Assembly: GCA_964455085.1 (NCBI GenBank)
Contig: CAYVYJ010000007.1
Location: forward strand, 4,277-68,276
Origin: an uncultured Planctomycetia bacterium
Lineage (GTDB): Bacteria > Omnitrophota > Gorgyraeia > Duberdicusellales > 4484-171
Reading direction: 5' to 3'
Length of the DNA: 64,000 nucleotides
Shown here: piece by piece, positions 1-11,634 of the stretch
How the letters are laid out: every line of letters starts with the position of its first letter
Position numbering within the stretch: the first letter of the stretch is position 1
Notes under the pieces: generated by a model
Told to the model about the DNA's origin: nothing
Seen by the model: only the letters and a program-made list of their open reading frames with translations
Databases searched by the model: none
Translations under genes and position numbers: made by a program

Positions 1-530
1 GCTTTTTTTATCTCTTCAACAACCCAAACAAACTTTACAATTACCTGATTCAAAGTATTAAGAAAACCGCTTAAGGGTGCGGCTAGGGAAGACACAACTT
101 GGCCGATAAGAATCTCGCGAGAAGGAAGTTTCGCTAAAGCATTCATCTCTTTTGGGCTAATTCTTCTCTCTTTAATAACCCCGCCCTTCAACTGCATAAC
201 CTCGCTCTCTTTAGCGAAATCAACAAGAATCTTGCAGGCCTTCACCACATCACAATCTTTGATAACTACAATACCGGTTTCCGCTTCCAGCAAGCTCTTG
301 ATATCCTCCCAACCAAGATCTCCTAAAGCTCTTTCGAATAAAGAATTTTTAGCCACAAGAATTCTAGCTCCCGACTCCCGAAGATTATTGCGTAACTGAT
401 TAAGTGGGAAAGCTCCTACCTTATTAAAACAAACGAAGAAGTAACCTTCGGTTTCTTTAATGCTTTGCCTTAGGCCTTCAACGATCCTTTCTCGGGTTAA
501 TAAACCTATTTTTTTTACTTCTTTGGCCAT
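1..530 (-). CDS. rplJ: 50S ribosomal protein L10 (3' end runs off window)
   Basis: Hand translation from ATG at 530: MAKEVKKIGLLTRERIVEG...ILVAKNSLFERAL...LKGGVIKE...ALAKLPSREILIGQVVSSLAAP; follows rplA. Confidence 0.93.
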   Translation of the reverse strand, partial: MAKEVKKIGLLTRERIVEGLRQSIKETEGYFFVCFNKVGAFPLNQLRNNLRESGARILVAKNSLFERALGDLGWEDIKSLLEAETGIVVIKDCDVVKACKILVDFAKESEVMQLKGGVIKERRISPKEMNALAKLPSREILIGQVVSSLAAPLSGFLNTLNQVIVKFVWVVEEIKK

Positions 531-536
531 AACTTC

Positions 537-1217
537 TTATAGACTAAATTTTACTGATGGACTCATCGTTGTTGATAAATAAATATTCTTTATAAAATCA
601 CCTTTGACTGTCGAAGGCCTTGCCGCTGCTAGTGTGGAAACAAAAGCCTTTATATTCTCGATAAGAGCCTCGGGGCTAAACGATAACTTCCCTACCCCAG
701 CATGAATGCACCCTAATTTATCCATCCGAAAATCAATCTTTCCTCTCTTGGCCTCTCCTACCGCGAAAGCTACATTTTCGGTCACCGTCCCAGTCTTAGG
801 TGAAGGCATAAGTCCGCGAGGACCAAGGAATTTTCCTAACTTACTTGTTAAACGCATCATCGAAGGCGTAGATATACAACAACCAAAATCAATCCAATTC
901 TCTTTTAAAATTTTATCAATAATTTCTTGTGAACCGATATAATCAGCACCTGCTTCCTTAGCAGCGTTTTCTTTATCGGGTTCACAAAAAACTAATACCT
1001 TTATCGTCTTACCGGTCCCATGCGGCAGGACAACCGAACCCCTAACCATTTGATCGGATTGTTTAGGGTCAGCTCCTAATTTTCCGCTAATTTCCACCAT
1101 TTCATCAAACTTAACAGCTGGCATTGATTTCAAAATCCCAACTGCATCATTTAAAGAATAAACCTTATTCTTATCGACTAATTTTTCCGCTTCTCGGTAT
1201 CGCTTACTATGAGTCAT
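537..1217 (-). CDS. rplA: 50S ribosomal protein L1
   Basis: VRGSVVLPHGTGK, LGPRGLMPSPKTGTVT motifs. Confidence 0.98.
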   Translation of the reverse strand: MTHSKRYREAEKLVDKNKVYSLNDAVGILKSMPAVKFDEMVEISGKLGADPKQSDQMVRGSVVLPHGTGKTIKVLVFCEPDKENAAKEAGADYIGSQEIIDKILKENWIDFGCCISTPSMMRLTSKLGKFLGPRGLMPSPKTGTVTENVAFAVGEAKRGKIDFRMDKLGCIHAGVGKLSFSPEALIENIKAFVSTLAAARPSTVKGDFIKNIYLSTTMSPSVKFSL

Positions 1218-1235
1218 AGTTACTCGCCCCTTATC

Positions 1236-1670
1236 CTATACTACCTTAATTCCGCAACTCCTAGCTGTACCCTCGACTATTCTTTTAGCTGCCTCTAAAT
1301 CTTTAGTATTTAAATCTTGCATTTTCTCCTCAGCAATCTTTCTAACTGCTTCCTTGGTCACCTCGCCGATAATTTCCTTCCCAGGCAGGGAGCTAGCTTT
1401 GGCTAAATTAGCCGCTCGCTTTAAGAGAAAAGAAACCGGGGGGCTCTTAACGATAAAATCAAAAGATTTATCTGCATAAACACTAATTATAACCGGTAAA
1501 ATTATTCCTTCTTTTTGCTTTGTGCTATCGTTAAAGGCTTTGCAAAACTGCATAATATTTACACCGTGCTGGCCTAATGCTGGCCCAACTGGAGGTGCAG
1601 GATTAGCTGAACCGGCGGGAATTTGTAATTTTATCTGACTTACTATTTTCTTCTTTTTTTTCTTAGCCAT
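1236..1670 (-). CDS. rplK: 50S ribosomal protein L11
   Basis: [34 protein letters not shown]. Confidence 0.98.
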   Translation of the reverse strand: MAKKKKKKIVSQIKLQIPAGSANPAPPVGPALGQHGVNIMQFCKAFNDSTKQKEGIILPVIISVYADKSFDFIVKSPPVSFLLKRAANLAKASSLPGKEIIGEVTKEAVRKIAEEKMQDLNTKDLEAAKRIVEGTARSCGIKVV

Positions 1671-1677
1671 AATTTAT

Positions 1678-2205
1678 TTATATTTTTTCTACCTGCCAAA
1701 ATTCGAGCTCTACCGGCGTAGTCCGTCCAAAAATTGAAACATTAACCTTTAATTTACCCTTATCAAGTGAAACGTCCTCAACCACACCATTAAAATTAAT
1801 AAACGGACCTTCAATCACGCGAATATTCTCACCCTTATTAAAACTTACCTTGGGCGCTGGCTTAGCCTTGCTTTCCTCGGCCTTTACCAAGATTCGGTCG
1901 ACCTCATCTTGAGATATCGGAGAAGGTTTTCTCCGTGGACCAATAAAGGCGGTAATCCCCGGGGTGCTACGCACAAAAAGCCAAGTGTCATCATTCATTT
2001 CCATATGTATAAGAATATATCCCGGAAAAAATTTTCGCTCTAAAACCTTTTTCTTGCCCAGCTTTACCTCAGTAATCTGCTCCTTAGGAATAACAACCTC
2101 ATCAATTAAATCTTTGTAGTCGCTTGAACTTATCTTTGCTTCAAGATTTAACTTCGCCTTATCTTCCACTCCGCTTAGAGTATGCAATATATACCACTTT
2201 TTCAT
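1678..2205 (-). CDS. nusG: Transcription termination/antitermination factor NusG
   Basis: KWYILHT, FFPGYILIHM, KOW domain, VSIFGRTTPVELEFWQVEKI. Confidence 0.98.
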   Translation of the reverse strand: MKKWYILHTLSGVEDKAKLNLEAKISSSDYKDLIDEVVIPKEQITEVKLGKKKVLERKFFPGYILIHMEMNDDTWLFVRSTPGITAFIGPRRKPSPISQDEVDRILVKAEESKAKPAPKVSFNKGENIRVIEGPFINFNGVVEDVSLDKGKLKVNVSIFGRTTPVELEFWQVEKI

Positions 2206-2229
2206 TATTTAATTAAATTTTAGGGATAA

Positions 2230-2424
2230 TTACTTTAATAGAATTTGAATTAATTTTGATAAACCTAAATCCACGAAAGCAATGTAGGCAGTTAAAAGAC
2301 TGGCGGCAATAACTACAATTGTTGCTGCGGCCATTAATTCGTGTCGCGAAGACCAACTTACCTTTTTTAGCTCCTCTCTTACCTCTTTTAAGAATCTCGG
2401 GATTCTCTTTAATTTTTTGATCAT
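2230..2424 (-). CDS. secE: Preprotein translocase subunit SecE
   Basis: FLKEVREELKKVSW motif plus one TM helix, between tRNA-Trp and nusG. Confidence 0.95.
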   Translation of the reverse strand: MIKKLKRIPRFLKEVREELKKVSWSSRHELMAAATIVVIAASLLTAYIAFVDLGLSKLIQILLK

Positions 2425-2454
2425 CTCGTAATCTATAGTTTATATGGTTTTCAG

Positions 2455-2527
2455 CAGGCGAGGCAGGAGTTGAACCTGCAACCCCCGGTTTTGGAGACCG
2501 GTGCTCTGCCAATTGAGCCACTCGCCT
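2455..2527 (-). tRNA. tRNA-Trp(CCA), 3' CCA not encoded
   Basis: AGGCGAGTGGCTCAATTGGCAGAGCACCGGTCTCCAAAACCGGGGGTTGCAGGTTCAACTCCTGCCTCGCCTG folds as a cloverleaf; anticodon loop CT-CCA-AA. Confidence 0.96.
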
Positions 2528-2605
2528 AAATTAGCGATCGGTTTTTCAAAATAATTGACACAGCCAATTATCCTATCCAAAATAAATATAACAAAGAACA
2601 TATTG

Positions 2606-2758
2606 TTACGGCTTTGCCTCTTTATGCTCAGTATACTTCCGCTCCCAAGAGCAAAACTTTTTTATCAAAACTTTTTCCGGATGCTTACGCTTATTCTTGG
2701 TAGTGTAGTAATTCTTCCGTTTACAAATTGTGCATGATAATGCAATTAATTCTCTCAT
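2606..2758 (-). CDS. rpmG: 50S ribosomal protein L33 (not in ORF track)
   Basis: Hand translation MRELIALSCTICKRKNYYTTKNKRKHPEKVLIKKFCSWERKYTEHKEAKP*, 50 aa, canonical position before tRNA-Trp-secE. Confidence 0.95.
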   Translation of the reverse strand: MRELIALSCTICKRKNYYTTKNKRKHPEKVLIKKFCSWERKYTEHKEAKP

Positions 2759-2771
2759 AAGGACTTACAAT

Positions 2772-2806
2772 AAAAAAAGCCGGAAAGGGCCTACACCCTC
2801 CCCACT
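2772..2806 (-). terminator. Intrinsic terminator-like hairpin with U7 tract between tRNA-Thr and rpmG
   Basis: Minus strand AGTGGGGAGGG-TGTAGG-CCCTTTCCGGCT then T-run; stem includes G-U pairs. Confidence 0.5.
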
Positions 2807-2844
2807 CCACTTTTGTGGTTTTTAACTTATCTTCCCCTATTTTT

Positions 2845-2917
2845 AGCCCACGACCGGAGTTGAACCGGTGACCACTTCGTTACCAACGAAGTGCTCTACC
2901 GACTGAGCTACGTGGGC
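2845..2917 (-). tRNA. tRNA-Thr(GGT), 3' CCA not encoded
   Basis: GCCCACGTAGCTCAGTCGGTAGAGCACTTCGTTGGTAACGAAGTGGTCACCGGTTCAACTCCGGTCGTGGGCT; anticodon arm CTTCG-TTGGTAA-CGAAG. Confidence 0.96.
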
Positions 2918-2955
2918 AATTTCCCTTTAAAATCAAGGAAAAAGCAGACCATAAG

Positions 2956-2983
2956 ATACTACTATAAAAGCCATTTTTGTCAA
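2956..2983 (-). promoter_or_regulatory. Sigma70-type promoter for tRNA-Thr operon
   Basis: TTGACA-N16-TAGTAT on minus strand about 40 nt upstream of tRNA-Thr. Confidence 0.6.
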
Positions 2984-3020
2984 GGAAAAAATAGCGAAAT
3001 AATGGAGCTGGATATTTTGA

Positions 3021-5308
<2,288 letters not shown>

Positions 5309-6238
5309 CTACTTAAACCGCTCTCCGGTTTTTATCCGGTATCCACAGGCAAAACTCCAAGCATCCATTTCAGACTTACCCTGAGGTTTTACCTTTTTAA
5401 TTTGTAAAACTCCTTTACCACAGGCAACCGAAATCCCCTCTTTAGCAATATCGACAATTGTTCCCGGTAGATCAATTGAGCCTTTACCTACAATATCAAC
5501 TTTGAGTACTTTAAACATTAGATCTTGATAATAGCTATAGGCTGAAGGCCAACCTAAAGTTGCCCGGGTTAAATTCCTTATATCTTGAGCCCGGCTTTTC
5601 CAAAAAATGCGGCCATCTTCTTTTTTAAGTTTAGCGGTTAAAGTCGCTAACTTCTCATCCTGAGGCCTCAGAGAATAGGAACCGTTATTTATCTTACTTA
5701 TTGCCTGGATCAACAATAAAGCCCCATTTTTAGCCAATCTTTTACTTAAAGAAAAAAAATCATCATCATAATTAACCGCTAAGGTCTGTTGTAAAATTAT
5801 ATCCCCAGCATCAACTTTTCTGTTCAGTTTAAAGATAGTAACTCCGCTCTCCTGATCACCATTAATCAAAGTTTCCTCTATCGGTGCAGCCCCTCGATAA
5901 CGGGGAAGCAGCGAAGGATGGATGCAAAGTGGAAGTATTTTAGGCAGATTTAGGAGACTTTCGGGGATAATCTCTCCATAATCAGCAACAATAAAAAAAT
6001 CCGCATTTTCTTTATCCAATACTTCTTTAACTGCCTCTTCCTTTAGGGATGCCGGTTTAATAAGCTGGATTTTCTTATCATGGGCAAACTGGCTTACTTC
6101 AGTAGCTGAAAGCTTCAAACCTCTTCCCCTCGGCTTATCAGGCCTGCTAACTATAAGCACTGGGGCATAGCTTTGAGAATAAAGCTCCCCTAAGATGATT
6201 TTCGAAAACTGGGAACTGCCAAAATAGACAAATCTCAT
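5309..6238 (-). CDS. fmt: Methionyl-tRNA formyltransferase
   Basis: RPDKPRGRG, HPSLLPRYRGAAPI, DAGDII. Confidence 0.97.
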   Translation of the reverse strand: MRFVYFGSSQFSKIILGELYSQSYAPVLIVSRPDKPRGRGLKLSATEVSQFAHDKKIQLIKPASLKEEAVKEVLDKENADFFIVADYGEIIPESLLNLPKILPLCIHPSLLPRYRGAAPIEETLINGDQESGVTIFKLNRKVDAGDIILQQTLAVNYDDDFFSLSKRLAKNGALLLIQAISKINNGSYSLRPQDEKLATLTAKLKKEDGRIFWKSRAQDIRNLTRATLGWPSAYSYYQDLMFKVLKVDIVGKGSIDLPGTIVDIAKEGISVACGKGVLQIKKVKPQGKSEMDAWSFACGYRIKTGERFK

Positions 6239-8022
6239 CGTAAACTCACTGCCAATTGTATTGAAGAGGTACGGGAATTTTTAATCTCTTCTTTAATTAA
6301 CTTTCTTGATAAAGAAACTTTGCTGGTTTTGACTATAAGCGAATAGCGAAATTTATCTCGCAATTTAAACGGTTTTTCTTCAAAAGGACCATAGACCTCT
6401 TTAAATTTCCCCTCGAGCCTATTATATAAATCCTTTACGCTTTTTAAAAGGGGTTTTTTGTTCTTTGACCTTAAGGTAATCTTTGCGATAAGCCCAAAAG
6501 GAGGGAGCTGTGATTTCTTTCTGAATCGGAGTTCTGCTTCATAAAAATCCTCCCAATGTTCATTCAAATGTTTAAAGAGATAATAATCCTTATGCCGGGT
6601 AAATACATAAAGGGAATCTTGAATTAGGCGAAGAAGTTTCCGCAGGTAGAGAAAGGTCTTGAAAGTCGCATCGTAATCTAAGTGGTTTAAGAAAAAATCA
6701 GCGTCAAGAACAAAACCCCTATCGAATTTTACCGGATCACAAAGGTAGCTTAAAACTTTCGATGTCGAAAGCGTGATCTGGGTGGCGTCGGAGGAATTTG
6801 CTAAATTATCAATCTTGGCTTCCGGGAACATTCTTCTTAATAAGCTCTCCAGCCTCTGAATGCCGTAACCTTTACTCTTTAAATAACCGCTGTTGCACCG
6901 GTTGCAAATCTTAGGCAGAGGGGTTTTTCTTTGACAATAAGGACATATTCCTTCCTCCCCATTTAAGGACGATTGAAGGAAGCTTGAGCAGTGTTGACAT
7001 TTAAATATCTGCCCACAGCTGGAACAGGAAACATGGGCGAATCCTTTTCGATTCCACAAAATAATTGCTTTCATCTTATCCTGGATAGATTTTTGCAGGA
7101 GGTCAGTTAGAATTGGGTTAATAACTCCTTTTTTACTAAACTCAGACGTATTGATTATCCTGATCGGCCTGCTATCGTTACTTTTACCTAACAACTTTAC
7201 CGTTCCTTCTTTTATGCGTTTATAAGTAGCTAAGGATGGGTAATCACCGCTTAAAATTAAATCTGCACTTTTAATTTGTGACAAAGCCCAAGCTACATCA
7301 GGAAGCCAATGATAGGGTTTTTCTTCCTGAAAATAGCAGTGATCATTCTCCTCCTCAACCACGATTAATCTCAAGTCAGTTGGGTAATAAAAAATAGCTA
7401 CTCGTGTTCCCAGGATTAAAGAGCTTTCTCTGGTTTTACTCCAGATAGAAAAGAGTTCTTTCTCTCCTTCCTGGCTATGGATTACCTTTGTTTGATCCGG
7501 GAAATCACTTTCAATAATCTTTCTTGCCGCCTTAAGAAAAGCAAGCTGCGGAAAACAAATAAGAACTGATCCCTGGTTTAACTTCTCTTTTACTATATTT
7601 TTCCATAGTTGATATCTCTGGCGAAAGCTATCACCCTTAATAAATTTATTCTCAATAGTATCCTTACACTTACTCCCAACACTGCTAAGTTGCAAATCGG
7701 ATTTCCGCGGCTTCTTAAGGTAGGGCGGAAACATCATAAATAAAAATTCACCCTTAGCATAAGGATAAAAGTTGCTCAGTTGCTCAGCAAAAAGCAGGTG
7801 TTCCTCATCCAGCAAGGATTTGGAATCAAGAAGATCGATAATTGGTTTTAGTTTCCGAAAACGCGACCCACTTGCTACAGCGACAACAATACCAATTCGC
7901 TTCTTACGGTTAAAATCTACCAAAACCCGCATACCCGGTTTTACCTCAAGATCTGCCGGGCAGAAATAATCAAATTCCTTGTCTAACGATATTGAAATTA
8001 CTACCTTGGCTACCCTAAGCAT
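6235..8022 (-). CDS. priA: Primosomal protein N' (PriA)-like, degenerate helicase motifs
   Basis: N-terminal 3'-binding domain (EFDY...PGMRVLVDF), ILGTR, NRKGF, four CxxC pairs, LPPF C-terminal domain; next to fmt. Confidence 0.85.
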   Translation of the reverse strand: MLRVAKVVISISLDKEFDYFCPADLEVKPGMRVLVDFNRKKRIGIVVAVASGSRFRKLKPIIDLLDSKSLLDEEHLLFAEQLSNFYPYAKGEFLFMMFPPYLKKPRKSDLQLSSVGSKCKDTIENKFIKGDSFRQRYQLWKNIVKEKLNQGSVLICFPQLAFLKAARKIIESDFPDQTKVIHSQEGEKELFSIWSKTRESSLILGTRVAIFYYPTDLRLIVVEEENDHCYFQEEKPYHWLPDVAWALSQIKSADLILSGDYPSLATYKRIKEGTVKLLGKSNDSRPIRIINTSEFSKKGVINPILTDLLQKSIQDKMKAIILWNRKGFAHVSCSSCGQIFKCQHCSSFLQSSLNGEEGICPYCQRKTPLPKICNRCNSGYLKSKGYGIQRLESLLRRMFPEAKIDNLANSSDATQITLSTSKVLSYLCDPVKFDRGFVLDADFFLNHLDYDATFKTFLYLRKLLRLIQDSLYVFTRHKDYYLFKHLNEHWEDFYEAELRFRKKSQLPPFGLIAKITLRSKNKKPLLKSVKDLYNRLEGKFKEVYGPFEEKPFKLRDKFRYSLIVKTSKVSLSRKLIKEEIKNSRTSSIQLAVSLR

Positions 8023-9073
8023 TGCTCCACCGTGTGATTAAAGCTAATAAAGGTTTACGGATATCCTTAACTTCTAAGGGGTAGTTATTTTGTAATTCAC
8101 TATTCCTTGTATTGTAATAATGGACGGCCGCAACTAATTCTTCCTCCCCGCGGACAAATCTAGCTATACCATGCTTAATTAACAAGGTCATATTAGCCCT
8201 CTCCTGCCCGGGAATATAGTGGGTGAAAATAAAAGGCTTCCGCTTGTAAAGACCTTCAAAAATAGTCATTCCGCCAGGCTTGGAAATAATAATTGTACTT
8301 GCTGAGAAAAGCTCCCAAATTTGATCATAAAAGGAGAACAATCGAATATAAGGCGAATCTAAATCTTCTAGGCATTTTTTTAACTTTTTATTTTTACCAT
8401 AAATAAGAAAAATATTGAAATCATTTACCAGAGCCTCAATGGCTCCTTTTAAATAAGGGAATCTACCCCTTAAGGAAGAGACAAAAACAAGTATCGGTCT
8501 GGAGTTGAGGTCAAACTTCTTACGCAAAGATTCTACAGGAATCTCTTCTAAGAAACCTAGACGTAAAGGAACATAGCCAGAAGTAATTTTATCATTGGCG
8601 ACCCCTAGGTTAATTAAATCACCTTTGGTTACCTCTAATGCCGCAAAATAATGATCGATACACTCAGCAACCCATAGAGGATGAACCCGTAAATCAGTAA
8701 TGACCGCAGCTACCTTACAGTTTAGCTCATTTTTTATAGTTGTAATCAGACTAGAGGCAAAAAAATGGGTAACGATTATTATCCCAGGACGTCCATCTCT
8801 TAAATACTTAAAGAATGGGGAGAAGATTGAACGATTAATCCTGTTTAGCCAAGAAGAAAAAAGTTTTTGCTTAGCAGAAAAAAATAATCCTTTCCAAAGC
8901 CAGGGAAAATATTGGGTTATAGTTAAATAGCTCAAAGAATAAATCTTTCTCAAGAAGGGAGAGGCAAAGCTTAAAAGATCACAAAGTTGAGCATCGGGTA
9001 AATATTTTAATGCCAGAGCAGCTCTCTTGTGTCCTTCTCCAAAACTAGCATAAACAATTAAAGTTTTAGCCAT
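8015..9073 (-). CDS. MGDG synthase/UgtP-like glycosyltransferase (GT28)
   Basis: YASFGEGHKRAA, VITDLRVHPLW, SKPGGMT, IPGQERAN. Confidence 0.85.
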   Translation of the reverse strand: MAKTLIVYASFGEGHKRAALALKYLPDAQLCDLLSFASPFLRKIYSLSYLTITQYFPWLWKGLFFSAKQKLFSSWLNRINRSIFSPFFKYLRDGRPGIIIVTHFFASSLITTIKNELNCKVAAVITDLRVHPLWVAECIDHYFAALEVTKGDLINLGVANDKITSGYVPLRLGFLEEIPVESLRKKFDLNSRPILVFVSSLRGRFPYLKGAIEALVNDFNIFLIYGKNKKLKKCLEDLDSPYIRLFSFYDQIWELFSASTIIISKPGGMTIFEGLYKRKPFIFTHYIPGQERANMTLLIKHGIARFVRGEEELVAAVHYYNTRNSELQNNYPLEVKDIRKPLLALITRWSNA

Positions 9074-9626
9074 AGTGAGCACATAGATAATCTGCTGCTA
9101 CCTGTAAATTATCAAATACATGATCCGGTTCAAACTCCCAATGGTTACGGTCGGATTCTTTCTCCTTGCCCGAGAGGACAAGTATTGATTTTGCTCCAAA
9201 GCAACGTGCGGCATGCATATCCCGGAAAGAATCACCGATAAAAAAAGATATCGTCGGAGTAAGACCTGAATCTGAGACTGCTTGCCTTAAGAGGCCGGTT
9301 TTAGGCTTACGACAATCACAATTGTCTGAATCACGATGGGTACAATAATAAATACCCTCTATTTGAACCCCTTGCTTATTAAAGGCTTTTAGCATTCCTT
9401 GGTTTATTCCTTCTAAATCAGCCTGGCTATATAATCCTTTGGCGATGCCAGCCTGATTTGAAATAACATATAGTTTAAACCCACAAAGGAAAAGTTGTTT
9501 TGCCCCTTCAATACTTCCGGGGATAAACTTAAATTCACTCCAATTCGTAACATAATTGGTAAACCCAGGGTATTGATTAATTACCCCGTCACGATCAAGA
9601 AAAACTATTTTCTCCCCTTCTGTCAT
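9066..9626 (-). CDS. gmhB: D,D-heptose 1,7-bisphosphate phosphatase (HAD family)
   Basis: FLDRDGVIN, SNQAGIAKG, CTH...CDCRKPKTG, IGDS. Confidence 0.88.
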   Translation of the reverse strand: MTEGEKIVFLDRDGVINQYPGFTNYVTNWSEFKFIPGSIEGAKQLFLCGFKLYVISNQAGIAKGLYSQADLEGINQGMLKAFNKQGVQIEGIYYCTHRDSDNCDCRKPKTGLLRQAVSDSGLTPTISFFIGDSFRDMHAARCFGAKSILVLSGKEKESDRNHWEFEPDHVFDNLQVAADYLCAHYG

Positions 9627-9688
9627 AATCTCCTCCTGTAACTTCTTATACTAACATCAAACTCTTTAGTTTAAAAGGGAAACTCGCA

Positions 9689-10390
9689 TTAAAACTTAAA
9701 AAAAGAATATATCTTTTCCCGCGCGATAAGTTTATACTCACCCGGTGCCAGCTTCCCTAAAACCAATCCGCCAACTCTGACTCGCTTTAATTCCCTTATC
9801 GGTGAACCTAAAGATTTAAATAACCTCCGCAAATGTCTTTTTTTCCCCTCAGAAACCACTACCGTACAGAAAGTCTGATCCCGTCCCCGCTTTAATCTTT
9901 TAATACTTCTGAGGCTTAGATATTCACCCTCCACCCAACAACCTTTTTTCGCCTTCTGGCAATCTCTAGAGGTCAATGCTTTGTTGAACTCGACCAAATA
10001 TTCTTTTTCTATTGCGAACTTGGGATGGGTCAGACGATAACAAAGATCTCCATCATTGGTAAGGATAAGCAATCCCGAAGATTGTTTATCTAATCTTCCT
10101 ACCGGATAGATTCCCCGGAAATTGCTGGGAAAAAAGTCAATTACCTTCTTATCGGCAAATTTATCGCTAAGAGTCGTAGTTACACCCTTAGGTTTATTAA
10201 ACAGGATATAAAGGTGTTTTTTTAAACTTAATAGTTTTCGGTTAACCGTAATTTTATCGCAACTGCTGACCATCCGAAAAGGTTCAAGGACCTTTTGACC
10301 GTTTACCTCTATCTTACCTTCCTTAATCAGACGATCAGCACCTCTTCTCGAAACATAGCCGCTTTTAGCGATGAAAAGATTAAGACGCAT
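9689..10390 (-). CDS. rRNA pseudouridine synthase (RsuA/RluB family)
   Basis: S4 domain MRLNLFIAKSG..SRR, PVGRLDK..SGLLILTNDG; start placed at ATG 10390. Confidence 0.93.
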   Translation of the reverse strand: MRLNLFIAKSGYVSRRGADRLIKEGKIEVNGQKVLEPFRMVSSCDKITVNRKLLSLKKHLYILFNKPKGVTTTLSDKFADKKVIDFFPSNFRGIYPVGRLDKQSSGLLILTNDGDLCYRLTHPKFAIEKEYLVEFNKALTSRDCQKAKKGCWVEGEYLSLRSIKRLKRGRDQTFCTVVVSEGKKRHLRRLFKSLGSPIRELKRVRVGGLVLGKLAPGEYKLIAREKIYSFFKF

Positions 10391-11627
10391 TACTTCTTTT
10401 TGATTGAGCCAAAGAAGCAAAGACTTTATCGCCCTCTATAGCCTCTATCACTACTGGAACAATTTTCCCTAGTGAAACTTTATCCTTTATCCAAACCCGG
10501 ATGTAATTTTCAGTATGACCAGATATATAACCATTATTTTCTTCCTCGGCTACCATATTAAGTGTTTTGCCTAAAAATTTCTTTTTATAGCTGCCTGCAA
10601 AATCGTTGGACAACTTTCGTAAAAAATTATAGCGTTGGCGGATTACTTTAGAATCCTTAATTTTCACCTTTGAGAATCGAGTTTTCTCACGTGGGGAAAA
10701 GGTAAAAATATGCATCCGCATTGGTTTAATTATTTTTAAAAAATTTACAGTATTTTGAAAACTTTCTTCACTCTCGGTGGGAAAACCAACCATAATATCA
10801 CAACTTATAGCAGCATCAGGTCTAATTTTTCTTATTTCAAAGACTTTATCATAATATAGGTTCACCGTCGCTTTTTTATTCATCTCAGCTAATATGCGAT
10901 TATCGCCATACTGAAAAGGAAAGTGAAAATGCGGGCATAACTTCTCACCGTGAAGTGATGACAACAATTCCTGATTTAAAAACAGTGGTTCTAAGGAACT
11001 TAAACGCAATCTGCCTAATGAAGACACCCTTAAGAGGTCTTTCACTAAATCTCCTAAAGTACTCTTAGGAGTTAAATCCCTACCCCAAAGACCTAAATTG
11101 ACTCCGCAAAGCACAATCTCCTTATGCCTACGGCAAACTTCTTTAACTTCCGCGATTGCGCAAGCCTTAGTCTTGCTGCGCGAAGAACCTCTTAAATAGG
11201 AAATCTTGCAAAAGGAACAAGAATTATCACAACCGTCCTGAACTTTAACAAAGGCCCGATGGTTTGAGAAACAGGTTATCTTGAAAGCTTCCTTTGAAAA
11301 AGGTAAACCCAGTACAATATCGGGCAAAAAAGCTTTCTGATCCTGGGAAATAATATAATCGACCCCTAATTCAGCAATAAAATCCCGATTCAACTGAGCC
11401 AGACATCCCGAAACCGCAATCTTAGCCTCAGGGTTCTCTTTTTTGGCCCGCAGGATTGTATCTTTTGATTTGCTATCGGCGCGAGAAGTAACCGTACAGG
11501 TATTAATTACATAAAGATCAGCCTTCTCCTTGGTTATCCTGTGTCCGCGGCGCGAAAATTGTTCTTTCAAACCTTGAGTCTCATATTGATTAACCTTACA
11601 GCCAAGTGTAAAAAATTTTACCTTCAT
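10380..11627 (-). CDS. mtaB: tRNA t6A37 methylthiotransferase (MtaB family radical SAM)
   Basis: TLGCKVNQYE, NTCTVT, RAFVKVQDGCDNSCSFC. Confidence 0.9.
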   Translation of the reverse strand: MKVKFFTLGCKVNQYETQGLKEQFSRRGHRITKEKADLYVINTCTVTSRADSKSKDTILRAKKENPEAKIAVSGCLAQLNRDFIAELGVDYIISQDQKAFLPDIVLGLPFSKEAFKITCFSNHRAFVKVQDGCDNSCSFCKISYLRGSSRSKTKACAIAEVKEVCRRHKEIVLCGVNLGLWGRDLTPKSTLGDLVKDLLRVSSLGRLRLSSLEPLFLNQELLSSLHGEKLCPHFHFPFQYGDNRILAEMNKKATVNLYYDKVFEIRKIRPDAAISCDIMVGFPTESEESFQNTVNFLKIIKPMRMHIFTFSPREKTRFSKVKIKDSKVIRQRYNFLRKLSNDFAGSYKKKFLGKTLNMVAEEENNGYISGHTENYIRVWIKDKVSLGKIVPVVIEAIEGDKVFASLAQSKRSNAS

Positions 11628-11634
11628 CTTTTAA

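Noticed and set aside
2213-2521. 102-aa ORF over tRNA-Trp and secE
   Set aside because: Shadow frame of the tRNA and secE
2555-2737. 60-aa plus-strand ORF
   Set aside because: Antisense to rpmG, which is the real gene
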